Shown one piece after another: positions 31,242 to 41,257 of a DNA stretch of 64,000 bases (positions are counted from its first letter, which is position 1; each line of letters opens with the position of its first letter). Both the position numbers and the translations under genes were made by a program. The DNA comes from Thermoanaerobaculia bacterium (lineage in GTDB: Bacteria > Acidobacteriota > Thermoanaerobaculia > Multivoradales > UBA5704), in assembly GCA_044226625.1 (NCBI GenBank), contig JBGAGQ010000028.1, positions 1-64,000 of the forward strand, given 5' to 3'. The notes below the pieces were generated by a model that searched no databases, had not been told where the DNA came from, and saw only the letters and a program-made list of their open reading frames with translations.

Positions 31242-33021
31242 ACGTGTAGAGCTCCTCCGAGATCGCGCTCTTACCCGAGGAAAAACCGCTTCGCCGTCGC
31301 TCGCGCCAAGCCGGGAGGAGTGTGCGCCAGACGGCCGGCAGATCCGCGCCGTCGACCAGGAAATCGCCGAGCACGAGCGCGTCCAGCCCGGCGTCCGCGG
31401 CGGTCAGGAGCGCGTCGGCCGGCGTCGCGACGATCGGCTCGTCGGCGACGTTGAAGGAGGTGTTCACCAGGATCGGGCAGCCCGTCCTGGCGGAGAACGC
31501 GCGAAGCAGCGCCGCGAAGCGGGGCGAGGATTCCGGGTCGACCGTCTGCGGCCGGGCTGAGCCGTCGACGTGCGTGATGCCGGGAAGCGCGATCGGCGAC
31601 CGTACGGCGTAGGTCTCCAGCATGAAGGGAGACGGGTGGGGGAGATCGAAATGCACGTCGGCCGCCTCGGCAAGGACGCTCGGCGCGAACGGCCGGAACG
31701 ACTCCCGTTTCTTGGTTCGGCGATTCAACCGGTCGCGAATCTCCGGATCGAGCGGATTGGCCAGAATGGAGCGATGGCCGAGCGCGCGAGGACCGTGCTC
31801 CATTCGCCCTTGGAACCAGCCGACGATCTGCCGGTTCGCCAGCCGATCCGCGACCTCGGTCAGAAGCTCCTCCTCGCGCCCGGAGAAGTCGGTGGCCGGA
31901 AGGCCCGCCGCGGCGACGGTCGCCGCGATTTCAGCCGGCGAGAACGACGGCCCGAGGTCGGCGCCTCGAAGAGGCCCGAAGATCAGCGAGCCGGTGAGCT
32001 GTCGATGGGCGAGAGCCGCCGCCCCCAGGCAGCCTCCCGCGTCGCCGGCGGCGGGTTGGACGAACAGGCGGCGGAACGGACCCTCGCGCCGGATGCGGCC
32101 GTTGGCGACGCAGTTGAGCGCAACGCCCCCCGCCATGCAGAGATCCGCCTCGCCCGTCTCCCGGCCGAGCCAGCGCGTCTTTTCGAGCAGGATCTCTTCG
32201 AGCAGCAGCTGCGCGCTCCGAGCGAGATCGCGATGTACGGGCAGAAGCTCCTCGCCTTTGCGGCGGGGCGGTATGCCGAGCAGATCCTCGAACGCGGGGC
32301 TCCACATCCGCGTCCCGGCGACGAAGTCGAAATAGGCGAGATCGAGCGCGAACCCGGGCCCCGGCTCGACCCGGATGGTTTGGGAGAGCTTGTCGAGGAG
32401 CCGCGGCTCGCCATACGGCGCGAGGCCCATCACCTTGTATTCGCCGTCGTTCACCGTGAAGCCGAGGTAGGAGGTGACGGTCGAGTAGAGCAGACCAAGC
32501 GAGTGCGGGAAGTCGACCGAGGCGAACAGGGAGAGATCTCCCGCCTCGCCGCGGCCGTAGGTCGTCGTCGCCCACTCCCCGACGCCATCCACGGTGAAGG
32601 TCGCGGCCCGCTCGAAGCCGCTCCAGAAGTACGCGCTCGCCGCGTGGCAGAGGTGGTGGGGGAAGAAAAGGATCTCCCCTTCCCAGCCAAGCCGCTCGCG
32701 GATCGCCCGCTCCGGCGCGTCGGCGTCGGGGAGGATGATGTCCTCGCCGTCCCGCACCGGTCTTTGCCCTGAAGCCTGCGACATTGCCCAGACCTGGCGC
32801 TCCCGCTTGAGGTGCGGCAGCTCGTAATAGGCGATCGCGTCGAGGTCGAGCAGGTCGAGCCCCTCGTGCTCGAGGCAGTATCGGAACGCCTCGACCGGCA
32901 GGCGGGGATCGTGTTTGACCCGCGTGAACCTCTCCTCGGAAGCCGCGGCCGCGAGCCGACCGTCGCGCAGCAGGCAGCACGACGACTCGTGGTAAAAGGC
33001 CGAAATGCCGAGGATGTTCAT
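31234..33021 (-). CDS. Carbamoyltransferase (NodU/CmcH family)
   Basis: ILGISAFYHES, EERFTR.KH, HH..HAASAY, EYKVMGLAPYG, GGVALNC, GPRALG.RSIL, RESFRPFAP, NTSFN. Confidence 0.95.
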   Translation of the reverse strand: MNILGISAFYHESSCCLLRDGRLAAAASEERFTRVKHDPRLPVEAFRYCLEHEGLDLLDLDAIAYYELPHLKRERQVWAMSQASGQRPVRDGEDIILPDADAPERAIRERLGWEGEILFFPHHLCHAASAYFWSGFERAATFTVDGVGEWATTTYGRGEAGDLSLFASVDFPHSLGLLYSTVTSYLGFTVNDGEYKVMGLAPYGEPRLLDKLSQTIRVEPGPGFALDLAYFDFVAGTRMWSPAFEDLLGIPPRRKGEELLPVHRDLARSAQLLLEEILLEKTRWLGRETGEADLCMAGGVALNCVANGRIRREGPFRRLFVQPAAGDAGGCLGAAALAHRQLTGSLIFGPLRGADLGPSFSPAEIAATVAAAGLPATDFSGREEELLTEVADRLANRQIVGWFQGRMEHGPRALGHRSILANPLDPEIRDRLNRRTKKRESFRPFAPSVLAEAADVHFDLPHPSPFMLETYAVRSPIALPGITHVDGSARPQTVDPESSPRFAALLRAFSARTGCPILVNTSFNVADEPIVATPADALLTAADAGLDALVLGDFLVDGADLPAVWRTLLPAWRERRRSGFSSGKSAISEELYTFV

Positions 33022-33229
33022 GGGTTCCCGAGGGCCGGACCGCCGGCCAAGACTGCGGCGATTGGAGCCCGACTATTTTGCATCCCGAGGGGTGTTTTGC
33101 AAGGCGGAGGGCGCCTTCTCTAAGAGGGGGCCGGAGAGCGGGCGAGAGCGGGGATCCGAGTGCGGATAAGATCCCGCCGCCTTCAGAGATCCGGAGGCCG
33201 CCTCAAAGCTCCCCAAGAAAGGTTCCCGC

Positions 33230-33877
33230 ATGGAAGCGCTCGGCCAACTGCTCGACTACTTTCTTCACTTGGACAAGTACCTGAACCAGGCGGTCGCCGC
33301 GCTCGGACCCTGGTTCTACGGCCTTCTTTTCACCATCGTCTTCTGCGAGACCGGTCTGGTGGTGACTCCGTTCCTGCCCGGCGATTCGCTCCTCTTCGCG
33401 GTCGGGGCGCTCGCCGCCTCGCAAGGGTCGCCGATCTCGCTCGGGCTCGCGATCGTCCTGTTGATGGTTGCCGCCATCTTGGGGGATGCGGTCAATTACG
33501 CGATCGGGTACAAGCTCGGACCGGCGGTCTTCCGGCGCGAGGACTCCCGCTGGCTGAACCGCAAGCATCTCGACGAGACACAGCGCTTCTACGAGAAATA
33601 CGGCGCCAAGACGATCGTGCTCGCCCGGTTCCTGCCGATCGTCCGCACCTTCGCCCCGTTCGTCGCCGGGATCGGCCGGATGTCCTACCGCCGCTTTGCG
33701 GTCTACAACGTAGCGGGGGGAGTCGCCTGGGTCCTCCTGTTCACCCTCGCCGGCTATTTCTTCGGCGATCTGCCTTGGGTGAAGACGAACTTCCACTACG
33801 TCATCCTCGCCATCATCGTGCTGTCGGTGATCCCGCCGGTCCTGGAGATCTGGAAGGCCCGGCGAGGGCCCAAATGA
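33230..33877 (+). CDS. dedA: DedA family membrane protein
   Basis: ETGLVVTPFLPGDSLLF, ARFLPIVRTFAPFVAG. Confidence 0.92.
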   Translation: MEALGQLLDYFLHLDKYLNQAVAALGPWFYGLLFTIVFCETGLVVTPFLPGDSLLFAVGALAASQGSPISLGLAIVLLMVAAILGDAVNYAIGYKLGPAVFRREDSRWLNRKHLDETQRFYEKYGAKTIVLARFLPIVRTFAPFVAGIGRMSYRRFAVYNVAGGVAWVLLFTLAGYFFGDLPWVKTNFHYVILAIIVLSVIPPVLEIWKARRGPK

Positions 33878-33905
33878 AACGCACGAACGAGCTAAAGTAA
33901 GGCCG

Positions 33906-34265
33906 ATGCGAGTCGCTCCCGAAGAGTTCGAGGCGCTGGTCGCCAAAGCATTGGACGAGCTGCCGGAGGAGTTCGCGGCCCTGCTCGAAAACGTCGCGGT
34001 GGTGGTCGAGGAGGAGCCGACCGAGGAGGATCTCGCGTCGGTCGATCTCGACCCGGAGGACGACCTACTCGGTCTCTATCAAGGCGTGCCCCTGTCGGAG
34101 CGGGATTCGCTCTACGCCGCGCTGCCCGACCGGGTCGTCATCTATCGCGGACCGATCCTGCGCGCCTGTGAGTCGCGACGCGATGTGATTCGCGAGGTGC
34201 GCGATACTGTGGTCCACGAGTTGGGCCATCACTTCGGCCTCGACGAAGACGACATGCCGTACTGA
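33906..34265 (+). CDS. Zincin-like metallopeptidase (DUF1025/Zincin_1)
   Basis: LLGLYQGVPL, PDRVVIYR.PI, HELGHHFG. Confidence 0.88.
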   Translation: MRVAPEEFEALVAKALDELPEEFAALLENVAVVVEEEPTEEDLASVDLDPEDDLLGLYQGVPLSERDSLYAALPDRVVIYRGPILRACESRRDVIREVRDTVVHELGHHFGLDEDDMPY

Positions 34266-34299
34266 GCCTCCGTCGAATCGAGACTCGAGGCGCGCCGCC

Positions 34300-35928
34300 G
34301 TGGGCAAGCTGAAAAAGCGACTGATCCTCCTGATCCTGGTCGCCCCGACGATTCTGGTTCTGGTATCCGCGCTGTTCTACATGGCGGGGATGCGCCTCCT
34401 CGAAGGGCAGCCGCGAGGGTTCTGGGACAGCCTGTCCTGGGCCGCCGAGACCCTGACGACCACCGGCTATGGGGCCGATTCCCGTTGGCACCATCCGGCG
34501 ATGGTGATCTTCGTCGCGCTCGTGCAGTTCGTCGGGGTCTTCCTGGTCTTCATGATCTTTCCGGTGTATCTGATCCCGGTCCTCGAGGAGCGTTTCCAGG
34601 CGCGGCTGCCGCGCCGGCTCGATCGGCGGCTCGAACGGCACGTCGTGATCTTCCGCTACGGGCCCGCGGTCGAAAGCCTGCTCGGCGAGCTCGCCGCGTC
34701 GGGGGTCGAGAGCCTGATCGTCGAGCCGGACGAAGGGACGGCGCGATCGGTGTTCGAGGCGGGGCGCAGGGTGTTGCACCTGGGATTCGGCGAGGGGCTC
34801 GCGGCGGCGGACCTGTCGAAATCGCGGGCCTTGATCGCGAACGGCACCGACGCGGAGAACGCGGCGGTGATCCTCGCCGCCCGGCAGGAAGGGTATGCCG
34901 GGCCGGTGCTCGCGATCGTCGAGGAGCCGTTCCACCGCCGGCCGATGATGCTCGCGGGCGCTTCGGCGACCTTTACGCCGCGGCACATCCTCGGCGCTTC
35001 GCTCGCCGCTCGGGCGTCGGCGCGGATCGATCCTCGGGTCGCGGGCCTTCACGAGCTCGGCCGCCGGCTCGAGGTGGTCGAGATGCAGATCGGCCCCGAG
35101 AGCCCGCTAGTCGGCGAGACGCTCGAAAGCGCCGCGGTTCGCACCCAGACCGGCGTGACGGTCCTCGGCCAATGGATCGAAGGTCGGCTCGTCGCGCCGC
35201 CGCCTCCCGGGATGAAGCTCGCCTCCCATGGAATCCTGGTGGCGATCGGACCGGCCGCCAGCCTCGACCGGCTGGGAGCTCTCGCCCGCGGACCGGTCGC
35301 GTTGCGGAGGAAAGGCCCTTTCCTCATCGCCGGCTACGGCGAGGTCGGACGCAAGGTGGCCGAGCTCCTGCGCGACGCGGGCGAGGAGGTCCGGGTGGTC
35401 GATCGCGAGCCCGCTTCGGGGGTGGACCAGGTCGGCAGCCTGCTCGACCCGTCGATCCTCGAACGGCTCGATCCGCGCAGCGCCCAGGCGGTGATCCTCG
35501 CGCTCTCGAGCGACAGCGCGACGCTGTTCGCGACCGTAATCGTGAAAGACCTGGCGCCCGAGGTGCCGGTGATCGCGCGGGTGAACGAGGCCGAGAACGT
35601 CGAGCGCATCCGCCGCGCGGGAGCCTATTTCGCCTTGTCGATCAGCCAGGTTTCGGGCCAGATGCTCGCGAGGAAGCTCCTCGGCCAGGAGGCCGTCGCC
35701 GTCGACCCACGGCTGGAGATCTTGAAGGTTCCGGTCGAAGGCCTCGCGGGGCTCGCGCCCGGCGACCTGTCGATCCGCGAAAAGACCGGCTGCACGGTGG
35801 TCGCCGTCGAGCGCGGCGAGGACGTCCTGGTCGAGTTCGGCCCGGACTTTCGCTTCGTTCAGGGGGACGGTGTGTACGTTTTCGGCACCACCCACGACGT
35901 CCGTCGCTTCGCGTCGCGCATGGGATAG
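34300..35928 (+). CDS. Potassium channel protein with TrkA-N/TrkA-C (RCK) domains
   Basis: Two TM helices plus the TTTGYG filter, IAGYGEVG, two RCK repeats. Confidence 0.88.
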   Translation: MGKLKKRLILLILVAPTILVLVSALFYMAGMRLLEGQPRGFWDSLSWAAETLTTTGYGADSRWHHPAMVIFVALVQFVGVFLVFMIFPVYLIPVLEERFQARLPRRLDRRLERHVVIFRYGPAVESLLGELAASGVESLIVEPDEGTARSVFEAGRRVLHLGFGEGLAAADLSKSRALIANGTDAENAAVILAARQEGYAGPVLAIVEEPFHRRPMMLAGASATFTPRHILGASLAARASARIDPRVAGLHELGRRLEVVEMQIGPESPLVGETLESAAVRTQTGVTVLGQWIEGRLVAPPPPGMKLASHGILVAIGPAASLDRLGALARGPVALRRKGPFLIAGYGEVGRKVAELLRDAGEEVRVVDREPASGVDQVGSLLDPSILERLDPRSAQAVILALSSDSATLFATVIVKDLAPEVPVIARVNEAENVERIRRAGAYFALSISQVSGQMLARKLLGQEAVAVDPRLEILKVPVEGLAGLAPGDLSIREKTGCTVVAVERGEDVLVEFGPDFRFVQGDGVYVFGTTHDVRRFASRMG

Positions 35929-35976
35929 GGCTCGCCCGCGAGGAAACCCGGCCGCCCCCTCGGGGGGCCGGTGCCC

Positions 35977-36285
35977 TCAGCTCTCGCCGCGCAGCTTGCC
36001 GATCTTGTGGTCGCGGTTTTCTTCGATCCGTCGCCGCTCGCGCACGTATTCTTCTTCCTCCGCTCGGCGGGCTTCGGCGTCGAACATCCCCTTCAACCGA
36101 TCGCGGTGGAGGATCTCCAGCTCGGCCAGTCGGGCGTCGGCCTGGCTGCGGACGTCGGCGATCTTCTCGCGCAAGGCGTCGGAAAATTCTTCGCCGCGCG
36201 GCCGTTCGATCCCCTGCTTTTCGAGTCGTTCGAGAGCCAGCTCGTAGGCGGACTTCATGCCGGCGGCCTTGTCTTTCTCGCTCAT
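35977..36285 (-). CDS. Small charged coiled-coil hypothetical protein
   Basis: MSEKDKAAGMKSAYELALERL..., host-like codon usage. Confidence 0.6.
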   Translation of the reverse strand: MSEKDKAAGMKSAYELALERLEKQGIERPRGEEFSDALREKIADVRSQADARLAELEILHRDRLKGMFDAEARRAEEEEYVRERRRIEENRDHKIGKLRGES

Positions 36286-36434
36286 GCGGGGAAGCATAGT
36301 CGAAAGATGCGTCAAAATGGCGTAGCCAGCCGCCGGTTTCGGCGGGAAACCCTTTGGATTCAGGGTCTTTCGGGCGGCACCCGTTTTGCTGCGGAGGGCG
36401 CCGGAGCCCGCGGGTTCCATTCGAGGAGGGATCG

Positions 36435-37463
36435 ATGATCGAAGCGCAGAACTTGAACCGACGGTACGGCGATTTCACCGCCGTGTCGGACGTCTCCTTC
36501 GCTGTCGGCGAAGGGGAAATCCTGGGCTTGCTGGGCCCGAACGGCGCCGGCAAGACCACCACGATCCGCATGATCACCGGATTCCTCCCCCCGACCGGCG
36601 GCAAGGTAACCGTCGGCGGTACGGATCTCTTCGAGGCGCCGGTCCAGGCGCGGCGCCAGATCGGCTACCTGCCGGAGAATGTCGCGCTCTACGGCGAGAT
36701 GCGGGTCGGCGAGTACCTCGCGTACCGGGCGCGCCTCGAAGGATTGAACCGGACGGAGGCGAAGCGGGCGTGCCGGTCGGCTCTCGAGCGCTGCCTGCTC
36801 GCCGACGTCGAGAATCAGGTGATCGGCACCCTCTCGAAGGGCTACCGGCAGCGGGTGGGCCTCGCGACCGCGATCCTCCACGACCCGGAAGTCCTGGTCC
36901 TCGACGAGCCAACCGTCGGCCTCGATCCGAAGCAGATCATCGCGATCCGCGACCTGATCCGCGACCTCGGCCGCGAGCGGACGCTGATCCTCTCGACCCA
37001 CATCCTCTCGGAGGTCGAGCTGCTCTGTAACCGCGTGCTGATCATCGACAAGGGGCGGATCATCGCCGAAGGGACGCCGGAGAGCCTGCGCCAGAGCGCT
37101 CGCGGCGCCTCCGAGATCCGCGTCGCCTTCGCGGGAGCGAACGAAGGCTCGGCGCCCGGCGCGATCGCCGAGGCCCTCGGCGCCCTTCCGGGCGTGAGCG
37201 GTGTCGCGCCCGGCGGAGTAGCCGGAGAGTTCCGCGTGACGGCGGGCGCCGATGCTGACCCGCGGGCGGAGATCTTCCACCTCGCGGTGGCGAAGGGCTG
37301 GACGCTCGTCGAGCTCAGCCAGAGCAAGGCGAGCCTCGAAGACGTGTTCGTCCGCCTGACGACGAATCAACGGGCTTCGGAGCCCAGCGAGCCCACCGAG
37401 CCGGCTGAGCCCGTCGAGGCCGCCGAGGCCGCCGAGGAAAGCGACGAGGAGGTGGCGTCATGA
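36435..37463 (+). CDS. ABC ATP-binding protein (GldA-like)
   Basis: GPNGAGKTT, LSKGYRQRVG, LDEPTVGLDP, STH; GAGGAGG RBS. Confidence 0.92.
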   Translation: MIEAQNLNRRYGDFTAVSDVSFAVGEGEILGLLGPNGAGKTTTIRMITGFLPPTGGKVTVGGTDLFEAPVQARRQIGYLPENVALYGEMRVGEYLAYRARLEGLNRTEAKRACRSALERCLLADVENQVIGTLSKGYRQRVGLATAILHDPEVLVLDEPTVGLDPKQIIAIRDLIRDLGRERTLILSTHILSEVELLCNRVLIIDKGRIIAEGTPESLRQSARGASEIRVAFAGANEGSAPGAIAEALGALPGVSGVAPGGVAGEFRVTAGADADPRAEIFHLAVAKGWTLVELSQSKASLEDVFVRLTTNQRASEPSEPTEPAEPVEAAEAAEESDEEVAS

Positions 37464-38191
37464 GGGCGGTCGTCGCGACCTATCTGCGCGAGCTGCGCGC
37501 CTACTTCCTCTCGCCGCTCGCCTACGTGGTGGCGTTCTTCTTCCTGGCGATCAACGGCATCCTGTTCGGCTTGATGGTCACCCAGCTCGCACAGCCGGGC
37601 GCTCCGTCGGGTCCGCCGATGGGGTACTTCTTCGGCTCGACCTGGCTGATCCTGATCGTCCTCGGCACGATCCTGCCGATGCGCCTGTTTTCCGAGGAGC
37701 TCCGCTCGGGCTCGATCGAGGTGCTGATGACCGCGCCGATCACCGAAGGGCAGGTCGTGGCGGGCAAATACCTCGCGGCGCTCTCGTTCTTCGCCCTGCT
37801 CTGGCTTCCGACCCTCGGCTACGCCGGGATCCTCGCCCATTACGGCGAGGTGCAGTGGGGCCCGATCGCCGCGGGGTACCTGAGCGTCCTGCTGGTGGGT
37901 GCTCTGTTCCTCTCCGTCGGTACCTTCGCCTCGACGATGACCAAGAGCCAACTGATCGCGGCGGTCATCACCTTCGCGATCCTGGTGGTGCTGTTCCTGA
38001 TCGGACTACTGGAGCAGATCGTGACCGGTGAGCTGCTCAAGAACGCGTTCGGCTACATGGACATCAGCGCGGCGATGGACGAGCTGGGCAAAGGGGTGGT
38101 CGACACCCGGCGCCTGGTCTACTACGTGAGTACCAGCCTGTTTTTCCTGTTCCTCACCAGCCGCGCGCTCGAAGACCGGAAGTGGAGATAA
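37460..38191 (+). CDS. ABC-2 permease (GldF-like)
   Basis: RELRAYF.SPLAY, MRLFSEE.RSGSIEVL.TAP, GKYLA. Confidence 0.88.
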   Translation: MRAVVATYLRELRAYFLSPLAYVVAFFFLAINGILFGLMVTQLAQPGAPSGPPMGYFFGSTWLILIVLGTILPMRLFSEELRSGSIEVLMTAPITEGQVVAGKYLAALSFFALLWLPTLGYAGILAHYGEVQWGPIAAGYLSVLLVGALFLSVGTFASTMTKSQLIAAVITFAILVVLFLIGLLEQIVTGELLKNAFGYMDISAAMDELGKGVVDTRRLVYYVSTSLFFLFLTSRALEDRKWR

Positions 38192-38196
38192 CCGCC

Positions 38197-39741
38197 ATGT
38201 CCTCCGCCCCTCGATCCTCGAACCGCCCCTCGGGCTCCATGAGCCGTCAACTGGCGAAGACCGGTCTCCTCTCGGCGGGGATTCTGCTCGTCGCCGCCCT
38301 GCTCCTGATCGTCAACTATTTCGGTTGGAAGTACCACAAGCGGTTCGACTGGACCTCGACCGCCCTCTACTCGCTGTCGGAAAAGAGCGAGAAGGTGCTC
38401 AAGAGCATCGACCGTGACGTCGAGGTGGTGGTGCTCCTGTCTCCCCAGAAGCAGCAGGCGCTGTTCGGCCCGACCCGCGAGCTGCTCGACCGCTATGCCG
38501 CGGCCTCCCGGCGGCTCAAGGTCCGCTACGTCGATCCCGAGCGCAATCCGGTCGAGGCGCAGCAGCTCGCCCGCCGCTTCGGGCTCGAGAACGCGAGCGT
38601 CGTCTTCGAGGCGGGCGACACGAAGAAGGTGGTCGACGCGGGCGACCTCGCAGAGTACGACTACTCCTCGATGAGCTTCGGCGGTCAGCCGACGCTGTCG
38701 GCGTTCAAGGGCGAGCAGCTGTTCACCAACGCGCTGATCCAGCTCGGCCAGACCCGCCAGCCGAAGATTCGCTTCACCACCGGCCATGGCGAGGCGTCGC
38801 TCGATGGCGCCGACGAGCGCGGCCTCTCCTCGCTGCGCGAGCTGCTCAAGGGAGACGGCTTCGCCGTCGAGAGCTGGACTTCGCTCGGCCAGCCCTCGGT
38901 TCCCGAGGACACGGATCTGCTGGTGATCGCCGGACCGCAGGCCAATTTCGTCGAGCCGGAGATCGCCGCGATCGGCGCCTATCTCGATCGGGGAGGGCGC
39001 CTGCTCGCTCTGCTCGATCCCGTCCTTTCGCGGACGGGCACGGGGCTCGTCGCGAGCGGGCTCGAGCCGCTGCTCGCCAAGCACGGCGTCCGGGTGGACG
39101 ACGACATCGTCGTCGACCCCTCGAACCCGTTGCCGATGTACGGCGCCGGAACGCTGTTCTCCAACTCCTACGGCAACCATCCGATCGTCGAGCCGCTGTC
39201 GCGCCAGAGCCTGCCGATGCTCGTGAGCCTCGCCCGCTCGGTCCGGCCGATGGACGGACCCGCCGGTTCGAAGGTGACGCAGCTGCTCGAGACGACCCCG
39301 GCGGGATGGGGAGAGACGAATCTCACCGCGCTCGACCGGGTGAACAAGGACGACGCCGACCTCTCCGGGCCGCTGTCTCTCGCCGTCGCGGTCGGCGGGC
39401 CGAGCAAACCGCCGGTCCCGACCGACGACGACGTCCCCGCCCCGTCGCCGGTCCCCGACGACCCGAAGGCGCCTCGTCTGGTCGTCTTCGGCGACTCGGA
39501 TCTCGCGACGAACCAGTTCTGGAACGTGAACGTGGGCAACGCGAACGCGATTGCCAACGCGGTCAACTGGCTGGTCGAGCGGAAAGACCTGATCGCGATT
39601 CCGCCGAAGAAGACCGAGCAGACGCACCTGACGCTGACCGGCAGCCAGCTCTGGAACGTCTGGATCCTGATCCTCGGCGTGCTGCCGGGGTTGGCGATCG
39701 CCGCGGCGATCGTGGTCCGGATGCGTCGGCGGAGGCGCTGA
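38197..39741 (+). CDS. GldG-family ABC auxiliary component
   Basis: RFDWT....YSLS, YVDP, FTTGHGE, LVIAGP, VFGDSD, C-terminal TM; start uncertain. Confidence 0.85.
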   Translation: MSSAPRSSNRPSGSMSRQLAKTGLLSAGILLVAALLLIVNYFGWKYHKRFDWTSTALYSLSEKSEKVLKSIDRDVEVVVLLSPQKQQALFGPTRELLDRYAAASRRLKVRYVDPERNPVEAQQLARRFGLENASVVFEAGDTKKVVDAGDLAEYDYSSMSFGGQPTLSAFKGEQLFTNALIQLGQTRQPKIRFTTGHGEASLDGADERGLSSLRELLKGDGFAVESWTSLGQPSVPEDTDLLVIAGPQANFVEPEIAAIGAYLDRGGRLLALLDPVLSRTGTGLVASGLEPLLAKHGVRVDDDIVVDPSNPLPMYGAGTLFSNSYGNHPIVEPLSRQSLPMLVSLARSVRPMDGPAGSKVTQLLETTPAGWGETNLTALDRVNKDDADLSGPLSLAVAVGGPSKPPVPTDDDVPAPSPVPDDPKAPRLVVFGDSDLATNQFWNVNVGNANAIANAVNWLVERKDLIAIPPKKTEQTHLTLTGSQLWNVWILILGVLPGLAIAAAIVVRMRRRRR

Positions 39742-39745
39742 ACCG

Positions 39746-41170
39746 ATGAAGCCGCGTTCTCTGCTGATCCTGCTAGTCCTGGTCGTCGGCCTCGGCTCAT
39801 TCATCGCGTTCTTCGAGCGCAAGCTCCCGTCGAGCGAAGAACGGGAACGCCGGGCCAAGAAGATCTTCTCCTTCGGACCGAGGGACGTCCGTTCGCTCGC
39901 GATCGAGCGCCAGGGCGCCCCCCTAGCCTTCGAACGGATCGAAAAACCGGAGAAGGCGGCCGAAACGTCGGACGAGAGCGCTCCGGCCGCCGAGTCGATC
40001 ACGGCCGCCGATTGGAAATGGCGGATCGTCCATCCGATCGCCGCCAACGCCGACTCTCCGAGCGTAGGACGGCTGGTCGATACGCTCGCCGGTCTGGAGC
40101 GGAGCAGCACGATCGACGATGTCGATCCCAAAGCGACCGGGCTCGACCATCCCGAAGCCAAGGTTCGTTTGAAGACGGGTGAGGGCGTCACCGTCTTGGA
40201 GGTCGGCGCCCGCGTGCCGGTCGGCGGGGAGCGCATCGTCCGGATCGAAGGGGAGAAGGAGGCGTATTCCGTCCCCGACGCGTTCTGGAACGAGCTCATT
40301 CGCGAGCCCGGCTCCTGGCGCGACAAGCAGATCTACTCCGGCGACCGGGAGGCGATCCAGCGGATTTCGATCCGCCCAGGGAGCTCCAATGCCCCGGCTG
40401 GAGAGGTGGTCCTCGCCCGCCATCCGGACGGGTTCTGGATCGAGCGGCCGATCGCCGATCGGGCGGACCGGGATCTGGTGGAAGCCCTGCTCTCCGACGT
40501 CACCGGCCTGACGGCCGACCGCTTCGTCGAGACACCCGCCTCGCCGGCCGAGATGGGCCTCGAGCCGCCACGGGGGACCATCGAGGTGGTCGCCAAACCG
40601 GGCGAGCCGAGCAAGCCGTTCCAGCTCGACCTCGGCGGCAGCGTCGGCGCGGCGGCGGACGGCGAGGCTCCGTCGACTTACGCACGAGCGGGGGGGCAGC
40701 TGTTCACCACGAAGTCGCGGGTGGGCGAGGCGCTCATGCGCGGCGCCGAGGAGTGGCGCTCGCACGCCGTCACCGGGATGGAGGTCTATCAGATCGATTC
40801 GCTTCAGGTGGAAGACCCGGCGGGCTCGTTCGTGGTCAAGCGCGCGGGCTCCGACTGGCAGCGGGGGAAGGACACGATCTCGTATACCCCGGTGTCGGAT
40901 CTGCTGTACGCGCTCTCCGAGCTCAAGGCCGAGAAGCTCGACGCCTCGGCGGTACCTGGCGGCAAGCCCACCCTCGCGGCGACGCTGGTGAGCTCGGACG
41001 GACGGAAGGAGACGGTTCGTTTCTACGCGACCCCGGCGGGCGCGGTCGCCCGGACCGACGGGCGCGAGACGACGCTCGAGCTGGCCGCGGGCAAGCTCGC
41101 GGAGATCCAGGCGAAAGTGGCCGACGTTCGCAAGGAGAAACCGGTCGCAAAGACCGCGGCGAAGCCATAA
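39746..41170 (+). CDS. DUF4340 domain protein
   Basis: N-terminal TM, repeated W.I..P...AD and GL..P units, WRDK; typical fourth gene of gldAFG loci. Confidence 0.75.
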   Translation: MKPRSLLILLVLVVGLGSFIAFFERKLPSSEERERRAKKIFSFGPRDVRSLAIERQGAPLAFERIEKPEKAAETSDESAPAAESITAADWKWRIVHPIAANADSPSVGRLVDTLAGLERSSTIDDVDPKATGLDHPEAKVRLKTGEGVTVLEVGARVPVGGERIVRIEGEKEAYSVPDAFWNELIREPGSWRDKQIYSGDREAIQRISIRPGSSNAPAGEVVLARHPDGFWIERPIADRADRDLVEALLSDVTGLTADRFVETPASPAEMGLEPPRGTIEVVAKPGEPSKPFQLDLGGSVGAAADGEAPSTYARAGGQLFTTKSRVGEALMRGAEEWRSHAVTGMEVYQIDSLQVEDPAGSFVVKRAGSDWQRGKDTISYTPVSDLLYALSELKAEKLDASAVPGGKPTLAATLVSSDGRKETVRFYATPAGAVARTDGRETTLELAAGKLAEIQAKVADVRKEKPVAKTAAKP

Positions 41171-41191
41171 CGTTCCAGCTCCGGTGAATTG

Positions 41192-41230
41192 AAAAGGGGG
41201 GGTGGGCTCGACCGAGCCCACCCCCCTTTT
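41192..41230. terminator. Bidirectional intrinsic terminator
   Basis: AAAAGGGGGGGTGGGCTCG-AC-CGAGCCCACCCCCCTTTT between convergent genes. Confidence 0.9.
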
Positions 41231-41257
41231 GTTCGTTCGGCGGGTTAAACCTGCCGA

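Noticed and set aside
36435-41170. Gliding motility system
   Set aside because: GldA/F/G-like ABC loci with DUF4340 are widespread outside Bacteroidota, and no motor or T9SS genes are present here.
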